The translations under genes were made by a program, and so were the position numbers. Below the pieces are notes generated by a model. It saw nothing but the letters and a program-made list of their open reading frames with translations. It searched no databases and was not told the origin of the DNA. From assembly GCA_951406725.2 (NCBI GenBank), contig OX597825.1:23622001-23686000 (forward strand): a stretch of DNA of 64,000 nucleotides, given 5' to 3'. Position 1 is the first letter of the stretch, and the number at the start of each line of letters is the position of its first letter. The DNA comes from Octopus vulgaris. Its lineage: Eukaryota. Of this stretch, positions 26,275 through 42,071 are shown one piece after another.

Positions 26275-26881
26275 AATGTATATAAATATATACACTAAGA
26301 GAAGACTTATAGCAGGAATCCTTACATCCAGTTAAACCCAACCACGAAAAATAATTCTAAAGGCACGGTGATAAATCACTAGAATGAAAGGAATTATTAT
26401 TTTTAGTTAATCCCAAACTCGAGTTTCTCTATTAATGAGCAAATAAATTTGATATCCGCAGTTCGTCAGTGGGATCGCTAAAACAATGCATAATTATGTA
26501 ACAATGGTACGTACCAAAAAAACACGTGCCAGCTACATCCTTATGATATTATGATTTTAATTCAAACGTGCAGGTGCATTCATATAACGAACAGCACATA
26601 ATTAATTTTTTTACATTACGTACTATAAGCAACAGAATTAGGAAGTTTTAGTGTGTGTGGGCAAAACATTTTAAAAAATGATGGCAATTGGTTCGCGCGC
26701 ATAATAAAATTATAAGACAACATATTTTCATAAATAAGAATGTATATAGATATATACTCAAAGAAATGACCTATAACAGGACATCTTGCATGGACTCCTT
26801 ACACACACATATATACATATATTCAATTATATATATATATATATATATATATTTATCTGTCTGTCTGTCTATCTATCAGTA

Positions 26882-27004
<123 letters not shown>

Positions 27005-27385
27005 GTGTTTGTGTATATGTGTGTGGCATATGTGTATATTTGTATTGCGTGTATGTAAGTCTGCATGCATTTTATATTGACACGGCACTTCATAATTTCA
27101 TGTGCAATCTCTTGAAGACATGTCGCAAATAATCACGATAGAATTATGAGACAGCGAACTGCACCGCACAAATACTCATGCATACATATATAGATACACA
27201 ACACACGTACGAGCACTTATACATACTCACACACACACACGCACATGCATACATACATACATACATACATACTTACATACATACATAAATACATAAATAC
27301 ATACATACATAAATACATAAATACATACATACCTGCATACATACATACTTACCTACATACATACATACATGTATACATACATACA

Positions 27386-27419
<34 letters not shown>

Positions 27420-28059
27420 CATACATACGTATATACATCCATACAAACACACACACATGTTAGCTCTAAATCTGTTTAGTCTAGGAAGTATATATCGATC
27501 AAACTTTCAGAAGTTCGACTTCAAAAGATTTCAATTCTTGTTTTTCGCATTCAATATGTCTTCCAATATATTATGTATCTCCCTATTCTTAATTCGAAAT
27601 TCGGTGCATACGTCTTGTTGACATCGATTATCATCATGTACGTTCACTCAAGTTTCAATAAATATCTACCAAATACCCTATAAATCAAACTCTATCCTGG
27701 TTTAAAAGGACACCCGAGATAATGAAGTCCTAAATTTAATGTTATATCTAACGTAAGGTGAGACTGTCATGGCGACTGAAATGCCATTGATCAAAAGTTT
27801 ACTTTAACTCGAATGATTTAGGACCAAACGATATTGGACAATTGAGGATAATTTGGGTCAGACGTTTTGAAAGATTATATGAACAGCAGCGGAATAATAT
27901 ATAGACGAACTGATATATGAACTATTTTGAATGGGGGAATTTAATATCAAAATCGACCTCTACAGGAATTAATTCAGATTGCATAGCACCAGAACAAAAG
28001 ATAATGGCGTCGAAATTTGGCGCACTTTTAATTTTAAGGGGAGGGGAAAATCGTTTACA

Positions 28060-28356
28060 TCGATCCCCCCCCCACACACAATGTTTAAGTTTCCTTATTT
28101 TATCGGTACCGAACAGAGGAAAAGCAAAGCAGACCTCGACGTAATTTGAACGCAAAAAGCCAGAAGAAAATACCGCTAACCAATTTGTGCGACACACTTA
28201 CGATTCTAACAATTCGCCATCTTAGAAAAAATAATAATGGTTTCAAACTTTAGCTCATCGCTAGCAATTACCATTGACCCCATTGCTCAACTGGTACTTA
28301 GTTTATCGACTCCGAAAGGATAAAAGGCAAAGTCGACCTCGGCGGAATCTGAGCTC
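28060..28356 (-). mobile_element. Two degenerate SINE family B fragments
   Basis: ggcaaagtcgacctcggcggaat and a diverged equivalent upstream. Confidence 0.6.
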
Positions 28357-30518
28357 GGGCAAAATTCACATCATCATATTTTTAAACATAGGGGAGCATC
28401 ATAACGAAACATACAATCTATTAGATACACAGTGAATAATTCTCCAAACTTTCCGAAATGTTTCTAGCTGAGAAAAGTGTCATAAAATGCCATTAGAAGG
28501 TATCATATAAAGAATACGAAAATGGCTTGGTAACGTGTTCCATGGTTTCGCTAATTGTTCTACGTGCTTGTTTAGTTACTTTCAGACATCGTAGACACCC
28601 CCTCTACACTATTTCTACTTGACCGAGAGGCACGTCGAAATTGTGACAATCAGAAACAGACAGAGGGGAAGGGAAGGAGAGACAGAAAGAGGGGAGAGAG
28701 AGCTGCATTACTCAGTACTCAGATGGTACTCATTTCCAACTGAGTAAACGAGTAATTTGAAACGAATTATTTTGCTCAAGGACATAAGGCGCTGCCCGAT
28801 TCAAGAACTGAGCCTAAGATTATGATTGTGGGCCGAACACACTAAGTATTTTGTCAAACAGCTTCATAGAACAAATAATGTATGTGTGTATGAGTGTGAG
28901 TATGTATTTTTTCTGAGCCGTCTTGCAACGGATTTAGTGTACAGTCTGCAGGGGATGCATTTTTTAATGAAGTAGGGCTGTAGGATGGTTTTACCGATTT
29001 TAGACAACGGAACAAAGAGTTTTCAGCGTCTTACGAGTTTGGCTAATATTTGGTTTGCAATTGGTTTGCAATTCGTGTCATGATTCTCCAAAGACTAAAC
29101 AAAATTTGCATTGGTGAGTTAACAGGACTGCCATTGATTTCTCGCCGAGAGAAATCTGTCAACAAATATTTTAGCCTTCCACATGGAACGTTCATGGTCG
29201 GTTCAATTCAAGATATATGTATATATATATATATATATATATTCTATACATAGAAAACAGAAGCCTGCAAGTACCTAATACACGTGACGGCCCATCAATG
29301 CATCTTAACTCAACAGTAAAGTAATTACTTTCAGTATAAAACACAGTTATGGACCGGTTACTTCAAATATTCTTCGAAAATATATCATAGAATATTTCCA
29401 AGCCACAGGAAAATCGTCAATTGTTCAGTTAATACCCGTTGCTTCATAATGGTTTATATCACAAACTAATTGTATATACGAGCCGTTTTAATTAAACAAA
29501 GGTGATAACGTTAATTACATTGAAACCATCGCTATATCACTGGAATTCAGACCTAATTTACAATCTTTTGAAATGTTTGGATTTATTAAATGTCTGGGAC
29601 AGACAGTAGTCTGGTATGGTTCATGTTTATATAATGTAGTCTAATGTTATCCATACTTTCGACTATCGCGTGTTCGTGTATATTCATGATGTATTGTGAG
29701 TTTATTATATAAAGCTGTTGAGTTGGACATATAAATGTTAAGATTCCATCTTGTGTTAATGTATTGAGAAATTTTAAATAAATTAGTTTGTTATCCAACA
29801 GCGATAGAAGACAATGTTTATGTATGTAACGCTTAAGTGTAACATAAAATATTGCATTTATTGCAGGAATTTCCAGTCGAAATTAATAGGTTTGAGCTAA
29901 CTCATTCCTTTAGATAATTCCTTGTTTCTCATCTACAAGGCACGTTTTTATTGCAAACAATCTCTCTACAATTAAATAAACATTTACTCGAGCTATCAAA
30001 AACTTCTCTTCGTGAGCATTCGACCTGATAGAATTAGAAGCTAAATTTTCTTCAAAATCAGACTTTTACAGAAAAAAAAAACACAGAAAATGTGAGCATA
30101 AATTTATGAAAAGACGAGATGATCAAAATTGGAAAAACATTGTTCAAACATTTGCTTAATCAGGTCCTATCTGGTGCAAAGCAAGAACAATCCACTGGCT
30201 GAAATAGATTAGAGAATTAAAAGAGAAAAATGCTTTCACACTGAATATAAGAACCTGGGTACAAAACACAGATTAGCTTCGACCTTTTGAAATATTAAAT
30301 TAAATGGGTGTAAAAATAAAGGTGAATATATGTGCATGCGCTTCTATGTATATATATGCACCTGTCTCAATTACCACGTCTCACTTCCTATGTTGTGTGT
30401 GATAAAGGTATCCAGATAAATGTATCCGACATTTGAATTACAACTCTTTACCCCACTTCCATTTGGCTTTACTCACGTCCTCACCTGGACCATATATTAC
30501 TACCTTCACATGTTTATG

Positions 30519-30613
<95 letters not shown>

Positions 30614-30633
30614 ATATATATATATATATATAT

Positions 30634-30790
30634 ACACGACGGGTTTTTTTTCAGTTTCCGTCCACCAAATCCACTCACAAGGGTTTGGTCGGCCCGAAGC
30701 TATAGTAGAAGACACTTGCCCAAGATGCTACACAATGGGACTGACCCGGAGACCATGGGTTGGTAAGCAAGCTACTTACCACACAACGAC
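30634..30790 (-). mobile_element. SINE family A head
   Basis: ttcagtttccgtccaccaaatccactcacaagg...gctacttaccacac. Confidence 0.8.
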
Positions 30791-30795
30791 TTCTG

Positions 30796-30826
<31 letters not shown>

Positions 30827-30916
30827 ACACACATATATATATATAAACAAATTTTTATTTCGTAATGAGATAAAAAACCAAGGCAGTATAGATTTTAGAA
30901 CATTTATAGCGAGAAG

Positions 30917-30964
30917 GTCTTACTGCTGTTTCCAGGATATTTATTATATCCCTTCATCAGAGAC
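30917..30964 (-). ncRNA. Minimal type I hammerhead motif
   Basis: Minus strand GUCU-CUGAUGA-A-GGGAUAU-AAUAA-AUAUCCU-G-GAAAC-AGCA-GUA-AGAC. Confidence 0.7.
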
Positions 30965-31129
30965 GATGTGGGGATGGTTAAGAAACAGTTAATTTGAATA
31001 AGATATAAAATACAGAGTGAGATGGACGAAATAAAAGAAAATAGATGTGAGATATGTAGGGATATTGCATTTGTAGATCCATTCTTTTAGGCAGATTTGT
31101 ATAAATATAATATTCCAATACCCCATGAG

Positions 31130-31171
<42 letters not shown>

Positions 31172-31172
<1 letters not shown>

Positions 31173-31566
31173 CTTTATATATAAAAGTGAAGTTGTGTGT
31201 CTGTCTCCTACGATTTAAATTCCTAACTACTCCCACATTTTGCGGTGCAGTTTAACCAAAACCGGGTATCTTATAGTCGTGATTCATATCAAGCCCTTCT
31301 GGGTATTAGCGCGCGTCTACGATGAGTCTACGATTTTAAAAATAATTTACCATCATTTTTTCCCATTTTAAATCATTTTTCGCTATTATATAAGGGAAGT
31401 AACTCTCTAAAAATGTCTACGATAAGTCAACGATTAAAAAAAAAATTTACCATAATTTTTTTCCATTTTAAATGCATTTTTTTGCTAATTTTTGGCTATA
31501 ACTCTCTAAAAGTGCTTATATAGTTATTTCCCTTACAAACCCGAGCAACGCCGGGCGATACTGCTA

Positions 31567-31567
<1 letters not shown>
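31172..31567 (+). mobile_element. Non-autonomous Helitron
   Basis: A|TC start, subterminal hairpin cccgagcaacgccggg (31540-31555), CTAG|T end, no TSD; internal about 100-bp tandem duplication at 31315-31513. Confidence 0.85.
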
Positions 31568-31611
<44 letters not shown>

Positions 31612-31997
31612 TATATATATATTCTCGCCCCCAACGCCAGCCAGCTTCAATAATGCGAAGTATTTCGGAAGAACAGTATGAAGAGGATGATACACGACCG
31701 TGCTGTTGCACTGCATAACAGGAGAACAAAACAATATCATCACAACCTGTGAATCAAGGAACCTGCACAGAAGAATTATATCAGGATATGCACACAAATG
31801 AACTTGTGCACCGTCACAGCTGCCTTTTAATAACATGTTAAATAAATGTGCAGAGAAATGAGGGGCATACGGATGCAATTACGTTTTTCAAGTGTACATA
31901 TGTGTGTGTGTGTATTCTTGTATATAGATTTGAAGGTGTATACTGGTATGCATCTATATGAATATGTGAGTCTTTACATGCTTGTATATAAGTATGC

Positions 31998-32042
<45 letters not shown>

Positions 32043-32211
32043 AGGTTACACTGATAAGTATGTATACATGAGATTAAATATGCATTTGTTTGCGCCTACA
32101 GAGTATATATAGATGTGTGTGTGTATTTGTGTGTGTCTCTCAATCTCCCAATCTCGCTATGCATGTATACACACACACACACACACGCATATATATATAC
32201 ACATGTATATT

Positions 32212-32341
<130 letters not shown>

Positions 32342-32673
32342 ATATGCATATCTATGTACATACTTAGGTGTATATACCCGTACGCAACTGCATAAATATG
32401 TGCGTTTGTGTGTGTGTAAGTATACGCACGTACATGTGTGCGTGCGTATATATGTATATATGCATATACTTCTTTAAATGTGTAATGTTTGAAGACGTAT
32501 CTAAACATCATGTTAACGAATGTTTCAACTCTGCTCGGTAGTTATCACTTCACTTCATCTCCACCGAAGTCACATGCTATTAAGCAATTACCCATCTCAC
32601 GCACTCACCAAAGCACTCGCCTAATTTCTCGCTCTTACGTCCTCTATTGCATGCAGATATAAACGCATATATA

Positions 32674-32719
<46 letters not shown>

Positions 32720-32742
<23 letters not shown>

Positions 32743-32757
32743 ATGCATATATATGTC

Positions 32758-32792
<35 letters not shown>

Positions 32793-32809
32793 ATGTGTAT
32801 GCATATATA

Positions 32810-32860
<51 letters not shown>

Positions 32861-32875
32861 ATGCATATATATGTC

Positions 32876-32906
<31 letters not shown>

Positions 32907-32927
32907 ATGTGTATGCATATATATGTC

Positions 32928-32962
<35 letters not shown>

Positions 32963-32977
32963 ATGCATATATATGTC

Positions 32978-33010
<33 letters not shown>

Positions 33011-33031
33011 ATGTGTATGCATATATATGTC

Positions 33032-33064
<33 letters not shown>

Positions 33065-33104
33065 ATGCATATATATGTGTGTGTGTGTGTATGCATATGT
33101 ATGT

Positions 33105-33154
<50 letters not shown>

Positions 33155-33161
33155 ATGCATA

Positions 33162-33215
<54 letters not shown>
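32720..33215. repeat. Higher-order minisatellite built from (TA)n-(TG)n-atgcatatatatgtc units
   Basis: About 9 repeats of the compound unit. Confidence 0.8.
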
Positions 33216-33219
<4 letters not shown>

Positions 33220-33722
33220 TGTATGTATGTATATTATGTATGTGTATGTTGATATTATTTTAGCGTTTACTCTCTTCAAATTATTTATAGGCACGTTATT
33301 TCTGAAACACGGTTACTGGCGTGTCTATGTTTGTTAATTACCATATTGCTTATGTTGATAAAACACATTGGGAACGTACGTGTAGGTGTCGGTGAGTGTG
33401 TGTGTGTGCGTGGGGGGGGGCAATTATGTGCACTTGTAAGGTTCGTGAGTGTGACCACGTTTGGCAGTTCCGGTACGCATAATATGCATGTGCTTACATA
33501 TACATACCTACATACCTACATACATACACGCATACATACATACATACATACATACATACATACATACATACATACATACACACACACACATATATATATG
33601 TGTGTGTGTGTGTGTGTGTATGTACATATATGTATGTATATATACATTTATATATACACATATACATGTAAATATACATATACATATATATATAAATATA
33701 CATATAAAATATATATAATATA

Positions 33723-33787
<65 letters not shown>

Positions 33788-33867
33788 TCTCTATGTGTAT
33801 AAATACTCTCTTCAAGATGGAAGGAGAAAAGACCTCTAGGCTACTTGCTGACCACTCGGATGAAGGG

Positions 33868-33981
<114 letters not shown>

Positions 33982-34189
33982 GATAGCAAAATAATTGAGA
34001 TTCAGATGAATGAGGTACTTATGTTGAGGCACCAAAAATTAGTGCGCTATTATCCGTGCAACTTCAAAATAAGGTTAATATAATCAAAATAAGCAACAGG
34101 ATATCCAGATCTGATGCAGTACGACCGTTTCAAGCGGCTCGATTTAAGTGAACAATGCAATCATCACTTCAGTCCATCGCAGCGTTACT

Positions 34190-34388
34190 CAAGAAACAGT
34201 AAGAGAGAGGGAGAGAAAGTTGTGGCGAAAGTGTACAACAGGGGTCGTCACCACACCTTGCCCGGGACTCGTGGAGCTTTTAGGTGTTTTCGCTCAGTAA
34301 ACACTCGCAACGCCCGGCCTGGTAATCGAAACCGCGATCCTCCGACCGGGAGTCCGCTGCCCTAACCACCGGGCCATTGCGCTACCAC
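34190..34388 (-). mobile_element. SINE family C variant, 5' half
   Basis: Minus strand atggcccggtggttagggcagcggactcccggtcggaggatcgcggtttcgatt. Confidence 0.8.
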
Positions 34389-34974
34389 ATATATGCATAT
34401 ATAAATGCGTAAACACATATATTTACATATTTATACTTCACACAGGCAAAGAGGAACCCCAACATATACATATATCTAGCTAATTGTACTTGTCGTATAA
34501 GTCAACATAAATGCATTAGGTGTTAGATTTCTCGTGCATTCTTCTATGTATGTATGTATGTATGTATGTATGTATGTATGTATGTATATGTGTGTATGTA
34601 TGTATGTATGTATGTATGTATGTATATTTATTTGTGTGGATGTGAGTGTACGTGTGCACCGGTGCGACTGTTCTTGTGTGTGTAGGTGGATGTGTCGATG
34701 TTGGAAAATGTGCATTGAACTATCTTTTCTTTATATATGTATTTATTAATTTATTTATCCATTTAAACATTTCGTGAGGTGGAATGCAGTTACATAAGTG
34801 CAAACATGTTTAAGCAAGTGTGAACCCCCAACACGCAGATATATACAGACCATGCTTACACAAACACACACACACACACACATATATAATAAATACATGC
34901 ATGTATATATAAATATATATATGCATACATACATGCATATATACATATACATACACACACACACATATATATAT

Positions 34975-35005
<31 letters not shown>

Positions 35006-35186
35006 CATATATATGTATATATATATATTTACATATATATAATTATATACATATATATGTATATGTATATAATAAATATATATACATATATGTATATAAT
35101 GTATGTATATATATATATATATATATACACGTTAACTTGAATGCAGTTACGTAAGTGCAAATATGTTTTAGCGTGTGTGAGTACAC

Positions 35187-35218
<32 letters not shown>

Positions 35219-35635
35219 TTACATGTATACATATAAAAGTATATTCTTCAAATGAGTATTTTAAAAATTGTTTTTTATCAGCTTTTTGAAAACAAATTAA
35301 TAAGCACGTGATGTAAAAGATAATTTTAGAATATTTTAGAACATTTGACACCGAAAGCTACAGAAGCAATTCTCGTTTAATTTGTTATTATTTACACGTT
35401 TGCACTGCAACTGTTTGAAATTTATTTCAAGGTAAGATCTTCTAAAAATCATAGAGTTCATGTCTGTTGTGTATATATTATTTGACCTCTTGACATCTAT
35501 CGTTGTTTATCTTCCCCACGTTTCGTTCTTTTTCTATTTTTTTTTCTTTTTTTTGTTCCTGTTTACTACTTTGTCCTTACGTATCATTATTACCATCCCA
35601 CTACATCACTTAACACCTTCTTCTGCTTGTTGTTT

Positions 35636-35820
35636 ATCATCATCATCGTCGTCGTCGTCTCCGTCATCTTCTTCTTCTTCTTCTTCTTCTTCTTCTTCTT
35701 CTTCTTCTTCTTCTTCTTCTTTCACCACCAGTTCCAACACCAGCACCAGCCGCGGCAGCAGCAACAACAGCAGCAGCAGAACCACCACCACCACCACCAC
35801 CACCACCACCACCACCACAG
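35636..35820. repeat. Compound trinucleotide array (TCA/TCG/TCT/CAG/CAC)n
   Basis: Direct reading. Confidence 0.9.
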
Positions 35821-35875
35821 CTGCAACTGTGATGTTGTTGGTAAAACATGTTCTTTGTCTATCTCCTTATATACA

Positions 35876-36409
35876 GCTACGACAGGTAACTGAACCAGTT
35901 TCCATACGAGAACACTGACACAATGTCAACCGTAACTCTGAATGATATTACATAAATGTATCATCACAACAAGGGTATATTAACTCTGTCGAGAGATACA
36001 CATTGGTCTGTGCCTATATGCATGTGTGCGTGGGTGTTTTTTGTTTGTGCCTCCAGGATAAAATCTCTTGGCGATTTTAGATAAAATTATACTAATGAGT
36101 CCTTCGAATTTAATTAAATTCTATATTTTTGTGCAGCTGAAGATTGCTCTACATTTTAAATTGATGTAATGTTTGCATTGTTCAATTAAATTGAGTAAAA
36201 ATAAACGATCGTACTGCATTACCTCTGGATATCCTAGTTGCTTATTTTGATTATAATCACCTTGTTTCAAATTGTATGGATAAATTCTGGTGCCTTCAAC
36301 TTAAGTACCATATCCACCTGAATCTAAATTTTTACTGAACTTATATATATATGTGTGTGTGTGTGAGTGTGTGTGTGTGTGCGTGTGTGTGCGTGTGTGT
36401 GTGTGTGTT

Positions 36410-36455
<46 letters not shown>

Positions 36456-36833
36456 CATACATACATAATTATCCGTTCGTTTTTCATAATCACACACTAG
36501 AGAAGATATCGAAGATACATATGTTAAAATTGTCGAAAAGTATAATTCCTGGTCTTGGCATATAACCAGTCAGAAAGCTACCAACGGTTTGCACTTTGTA
36601 TTATTGACGATTCTGCAGACACGTTGACCGGAGGCGCATAGCCTCTTTTATCCTGGAGGCACAAACAAAAAACACCCACGCACACATGCATATAGGCACA
36701 GACCAATGTGTATCTCTGGACAGAGTTAATATACCCTTGTTGTGATGATACATTTATGTAATTTCATTCAGAGTTACGGTTGACATCGTGTCAGTGTTCT
36801 CGTATGGAAACTGGTTCAGTTACCTGTCGTAGC
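35876..36833. repeat. 188-bp inverted repeat pair with 582-bp spacer
   Basis: 35876-36063 is the reverse complement of 36646-36833 with 3 mismatches seen. Confidence 0.95.
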
Positions 36834-37861
36834 ATTTTGTCAGATTGATATTTAATGCATTATGTTAAAATCTTTTTAGCTTAACTGTGTCAGTGCTCAG
36901 TAGACATTTTCCTAACTGTCCGATATGTCTTTCCTATGTAAGTTTTATTGAGGTTTGGATGTAAATCTTCGTGGCATTTTATATGCTATGGAGTATTTCT
37001 AACCTTGTAGTTGATATGTGATTTTATGGCACATATTTGCATCAATCTTTGCAGGTATCATCCTCAATTCGTAAAGATTTATAGAAGATCGATTTAATAG
37101 ATCTACCCGTTTTCCCTCTGATTGATTTTAAAGGTAAGTTTCTTGGAGGCTTCTCACAATGTTACTAGTTAAATCGCTATTAACTGTCACATCTATAAAT
37201 ATTATATTATCAAATATATTATTATCATATACAGGCCTTAGCTATGTTATTATTACTCCTATCTACCCTTTTCCAAAATATTTTAGGAGATTTTAGGATA
37301 TTTTCTCTGCCCCATTATACACATTGAGCCTAACGTAGAGAATTTAGCCTGTGATTCAGTTGCGTGTCACATCTGATATTATATCCGTATACGTTCTGTA
37401 ACAAAATTATTCGAAAAAAAAAACCCCACCAATTTATTGTATTTGAGGAATTTTAAAGTTGTTTTGGGAGCATGAAACTTTTTACACTGGTTTCATAGTT
37501 GTTGAGGTCAAAGGTATTGTAGTATATAAGTTATCTCTATTAAATGTGTTGCTCGATGCTGTGTTTCTTAATCTGGTTCTCTACACTTCTAGAGTGTCGC
37601 TGTTTTCTGCTAGAAGTCGAAAGTCAATGTTGCGTCTATGTATTAGATATTGATTTTATGATGCTAATGAGACGTCTTCTGTTATTGGCTTGGACGACTA
37701 ATTCTTGTCGGAGTCTAATGAGAAATCACGTTTCCTATGTTGTTGCTATTGTATAAATGTTTCCTGAAATATCTCGACGTGTAGGTCGTGTTTGGTTTAA
37801 AAAATCTCTTCCTTAAAAAAAGGCCATTTGTTTGCGGTGGAGCTGTTGATATTGTGAGATA

Positions 37862-38059
37862 TACTCTTTTACTTGTCTCAGTCATTTGACTGTGGCCATG
37901 ATGGAGCACCGCCTTCAGTCGAGCAAATCGACCCCAGGACTTATTCTTTGTAAGCTTAGTACTTATTCTATCGGGCTCTTTTGCCGAACCACCTCCAAGT
38001 TCGTAAACCCACCAGCATCGGTTGTCAAGCGATGTTGGGGGGACAAACACAGACACACA

Positions 38060-38124
<65 letters not shown>

Positions 38125-38310
38125 ACATATATATATATACATATATACGACGGGCGTCTTTCAGATTCCGTCTACCAAATCCACTCACAAGGCTTTGGTC
38201 GGCCCGAGGCTATAGTAAAAGACGCTTGCCCCAGGTGCCACGCAGTGGGACTGAACCCGGAACCATGTGGCTGGTAAGCAAGCTACTTACCACACAGCCA
38301 CTCCTATGCC
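37862..38310 (-). mobile_element. SINE family A, full length
   Basis: Reverse complement of 2415-2824. Confidence 0.9.
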
Positions 38311-39401
38311 TATATGTTAAATAAAATTACGTACGTGTATTTATCTAAATGATGTCTGCCGTTTGGGTATGTCATTGATAAGGGAGAAAATGGCAGTCCT
38401 TTTTTTTAATGGTGCTATTGTTATTGTTGTTGTATTTTTTGTATGCTAAATGTTGAGTGTGAATTTGGACGTTTGGCAAGTATTCTTGTTTGATGCTTTT
38501 GGATTGTATGTATTTTGTTAAATACTTAGACTTTTGTCAGTTTTAAAACTTGTTTCATACAAATTCAACTCTTTCGAACATCAGGCATATATAACTTATG
38601 AATATGTTATTTTGAATAAAATTTCCATCTTTCCATCGAATTTCATGCCGTGACCATCTCCCTATCTATTCTGACATATTTTGATTCGGATTTCTCTACT
38701 TTATCTACTTTATCGATTTATGACAGTAAAATTTGAATGAGGTTCAGCTGTTACTTATAGCAACTCTGGCAATCGAGAAGATATGGTGTTGGCACGATGC
38801 TTCTAAATGTAACGAAAAAAATCCTTATGGTTTAACGAATATACAAAATTATATAGATTTGTTACAGCCGAGGAAAGTCACGTATTTTACCTTTCAAATA
38901 GAAATAAATAGAATTCACAAGACACACGTTTTAATCAATAACAACCGCATGCATATATATATAGATACGTACATACATATATCCATCCATACACTTATAC
39001 ATACACAGTTAAGTATGTTTAAACATTTCATTGAAAACATTTTAATATATTGGCATAACAACAACTGTGGTCGTATCTAACGAGCATAAGAAATTAGTGA
39101 GGTTGCTTGAGAGAAACGGCGTCACTATATTTGCCAAGAATGTGTCACAATTGGATAGAGAGCAACTCAATGGTTTAATGGCTAACAGTAACTGCCCAAC
39201 ATGTATGAAGGTGTGTGCAGAAATAGTTATAAATGTATGTTTATCTACAGTATATTGTCTCTAATAATGGCATGGAATATTATTTTAGCAAACTCTGAAT
39301 TACACATAAACTAATGGTTCCGGTGGATTTTCAGCGGAATAAATCATTGTTTTCTATAAATCTAATATACAACTATAACTACATCTATCTGTCTATCCAT
39401 T

Positions 39402-39542
<141 letters not shown>

Positions 39543-39851
39543 TTGGAAAAGGATGCGTGGCGTTCGATCATATAATGATATAAATAATATATGAATATAT
39601 GCATATATACATACATACATGTACATATCTACATATATATGTATATATATACATGCATATATAGGTACAGGACATAAAAAAAAACGTTGAAGGTAATGAG
39701 AGACGAAAACCAATATATATATATACACACACATACATATATACATATGTATACACATATATACACGGACACATATGTGCGAGTGGGTAGACAAACGAAA
39801 AAAGTAGCACTCGTCTCCAAATATATATATATGATATATATATATATATAA

Positions 39852-39909
<58 letters not shown>

Positions 39910-39939
39910 GTGTGTATGTGAGTGTGTGTGTTGTCGTTT

Positions 39940-40212
39940 TTGTTTGTTCCTCCTCGAGTTATGGGTGGCACATAAGGGCCAGTTTCCCGGTTTCATTGGC
40001 GTATAGGTTCACAACCTGGATGGGACGCCGGTCCGCTGTAGGGGAGCTGCTTGATGCAGGAGGAAAATGTGATGGAAAGAGTGGTGAAAGAGTCAGCAGA
40101 AGTTCGCCATTACCTTCTACCGGATCCGCGTGGAGTTTAGGTGTTTCGTTCATAAGCACACACACCGCCCGGTCTGAGATACGAACCGATGATTTCTCGA
40201 CCGCGAGTCCGC
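39940..40212 (-). mobile_element. SINE family C lacking its extreme 5' end
   Basis: Aligns to 22605-22912. Confidence 0.85.
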
Positions 40213-40230
40213 TATATCTATATGTATATC

Positions 40231-40326
<96 letters not shown>

Positions 40327-40333
40327 ACGATCG

Positions 40334-40380
<47 letters not shown>

Positions 40381-40500
40381 AATAAATATATATATATATA
40401 TATATTGGTAAAAACGTTAAGATATATATGTGTGTGTGTGTCTCTCTCTCTCTCCCTCCCTCTCTGTCTGTCTGTCTCTCTCTCTCTCGCTCTCTCTCTC

Positions 40501-40546
<46 letters not shown>

Positions 40547-41196
40547 TGTATGAATATATGAATATATGAATAGTTACATATGCATTCTATCGCTGCTGGA
40601 TATCAATTAAACTTACTAAATATTTGACCGCATACTGCGTATAACGGATGGAGTCGAGGCATTTTAATAGCCCTAAGTGAAATGTTTTATACCAACTCAC
40701 AAAATCTCTTGAATTCTCATGAAGACGTGACTTAAGCAAATGTCCTGATGTTTCTAGAATACATTATATCATTATAAACCACCCAGTAGTATTATATCTC
40801 CATTACTTTAATATAATTACATTCAAATCTCATAAATCACAGTCTTATTTTTTAACGTTTGTTTCTATGTGCTTAATGTTTTTGACCTTTGTCCAACCTA
40901 AGCATAAGATCAGTTTATAATATAAATCGACCTGAAACAACGGGTATTAAATCAACAATTAGTTTCTCCTTTAATATTCAGAAAATATTCAAAGAAATAT
41001 TTTTACTAAAAATCTAAAATATTTAGTTGAAGGCAAGATATTTAGAGACAATGCTGGGAGTTGTATTTCACAGTTGAGTTAAAATGTCTTGATGGTACTC
41101 CAGACATAATATATTTTGGAAGGCTTCTGTTCTGTGTCTGAACTGTAAAGTGATTTAAAATAACCATTATATTTCTTATAACATATATACATACAA

Positions 41197-41274
<78 letters not shown>

Positions 41275-41306
41275 AGGGCACTATCGTCATGATGATGATG
41301 ATGATG

Positions 41307-41365
<59 letters not shown>

Positions 41366-41366
41366 A

Positions 41367-41585
41367 GGCGGCGAGCTGGCAGAAACGTTAGCACGCCGGG
41401 CGAAATGCTTAGTGGTATTTCGTCTGCTGCTACGTTCTGAGTTCAAATTCTGCCGAGGTCGACTTTGTCTTTCATCCTTTCGGGGTCGATTAAATAAGTA
41501 CTAGGGTCGATATAATCGAGTTAATCCGTTTGTCTGTCCTTGTCTGTCCTCTCTCTGTTTAGCCCCTTGTGGGTAGTAAAGAAAT
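41367..41585 (+). mobile_element. SINE family B
   Basis: Aligns to 21037-21262. Confidence 0.9.
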
Positions 41586-41632
41586 ATATATATATACATA
41601 TATATATATATGTGTGTGTGTGTATGTTTGTG

Positions 41633-41682
<50 letters not shown>

Positions 41683-41699
41683 GGCATTACGTTGATGAA

Positions 41700-42011
41700 T
41701 TTGTTTTACAAGATCCCTGATGTGAAATCGTGTGTTGAAACAGATATTGTTATATTTTCAGGACGGTCATTTTTTTTCTTGCCAAATAAACACACGCACT
41801 ATATATTCATTCTTCACTTATTACTGTTCTCATTTGATGTCCGTTGTCTGAAAATCTTTCGTCACACACCTGTGAGTTTTCCATTCCACGTGTCTCTGCC
41901 TGTTCTGTTTTGTTCAACCACATAAAATAAAATCACTAATAAACAAGTGAAAAACGAAAATATAGTGCGTGTATATATATGGCAAGAACTAAAATGATCA
42001 TCCTGAAATAA

Positions 42012-42020
<9 letters not shown>
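41700..42020. mobile_element. PLE-type terminal repeat with diverged inverted ends; related copy at 45740-45920 in opposite orientation
   Basis: attgtt...ttcagga...tcatttt...cttgcca...acacgcactatat mirrored at 41945-42018; decayed hammerhead remnants (tcac-aggtgt-gtga-cgaaa; ccaaaga-ggtcac...gtaac-gaaa). Confidence 0.55.

Positions 42021-42071
<51 letters not shown>

Noticed and set aside
31690-31820. TCESRNL...NYI possible GIY-YIG remnant
   Set aside because: Too short and frameshifted to support
32720-33215. Regularly spaced repeats suggestive of a CRISPR-like array
   Set aside because: The spacers are microsatellite rather than unique sequence; eukaryotic context with no cas genes
35460-35918. 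Poly-Ser/Thr or poly-Gln/His ORFs
   Set aside because: Open in several frames only because of trinucleotide repeats; no splice or domain support
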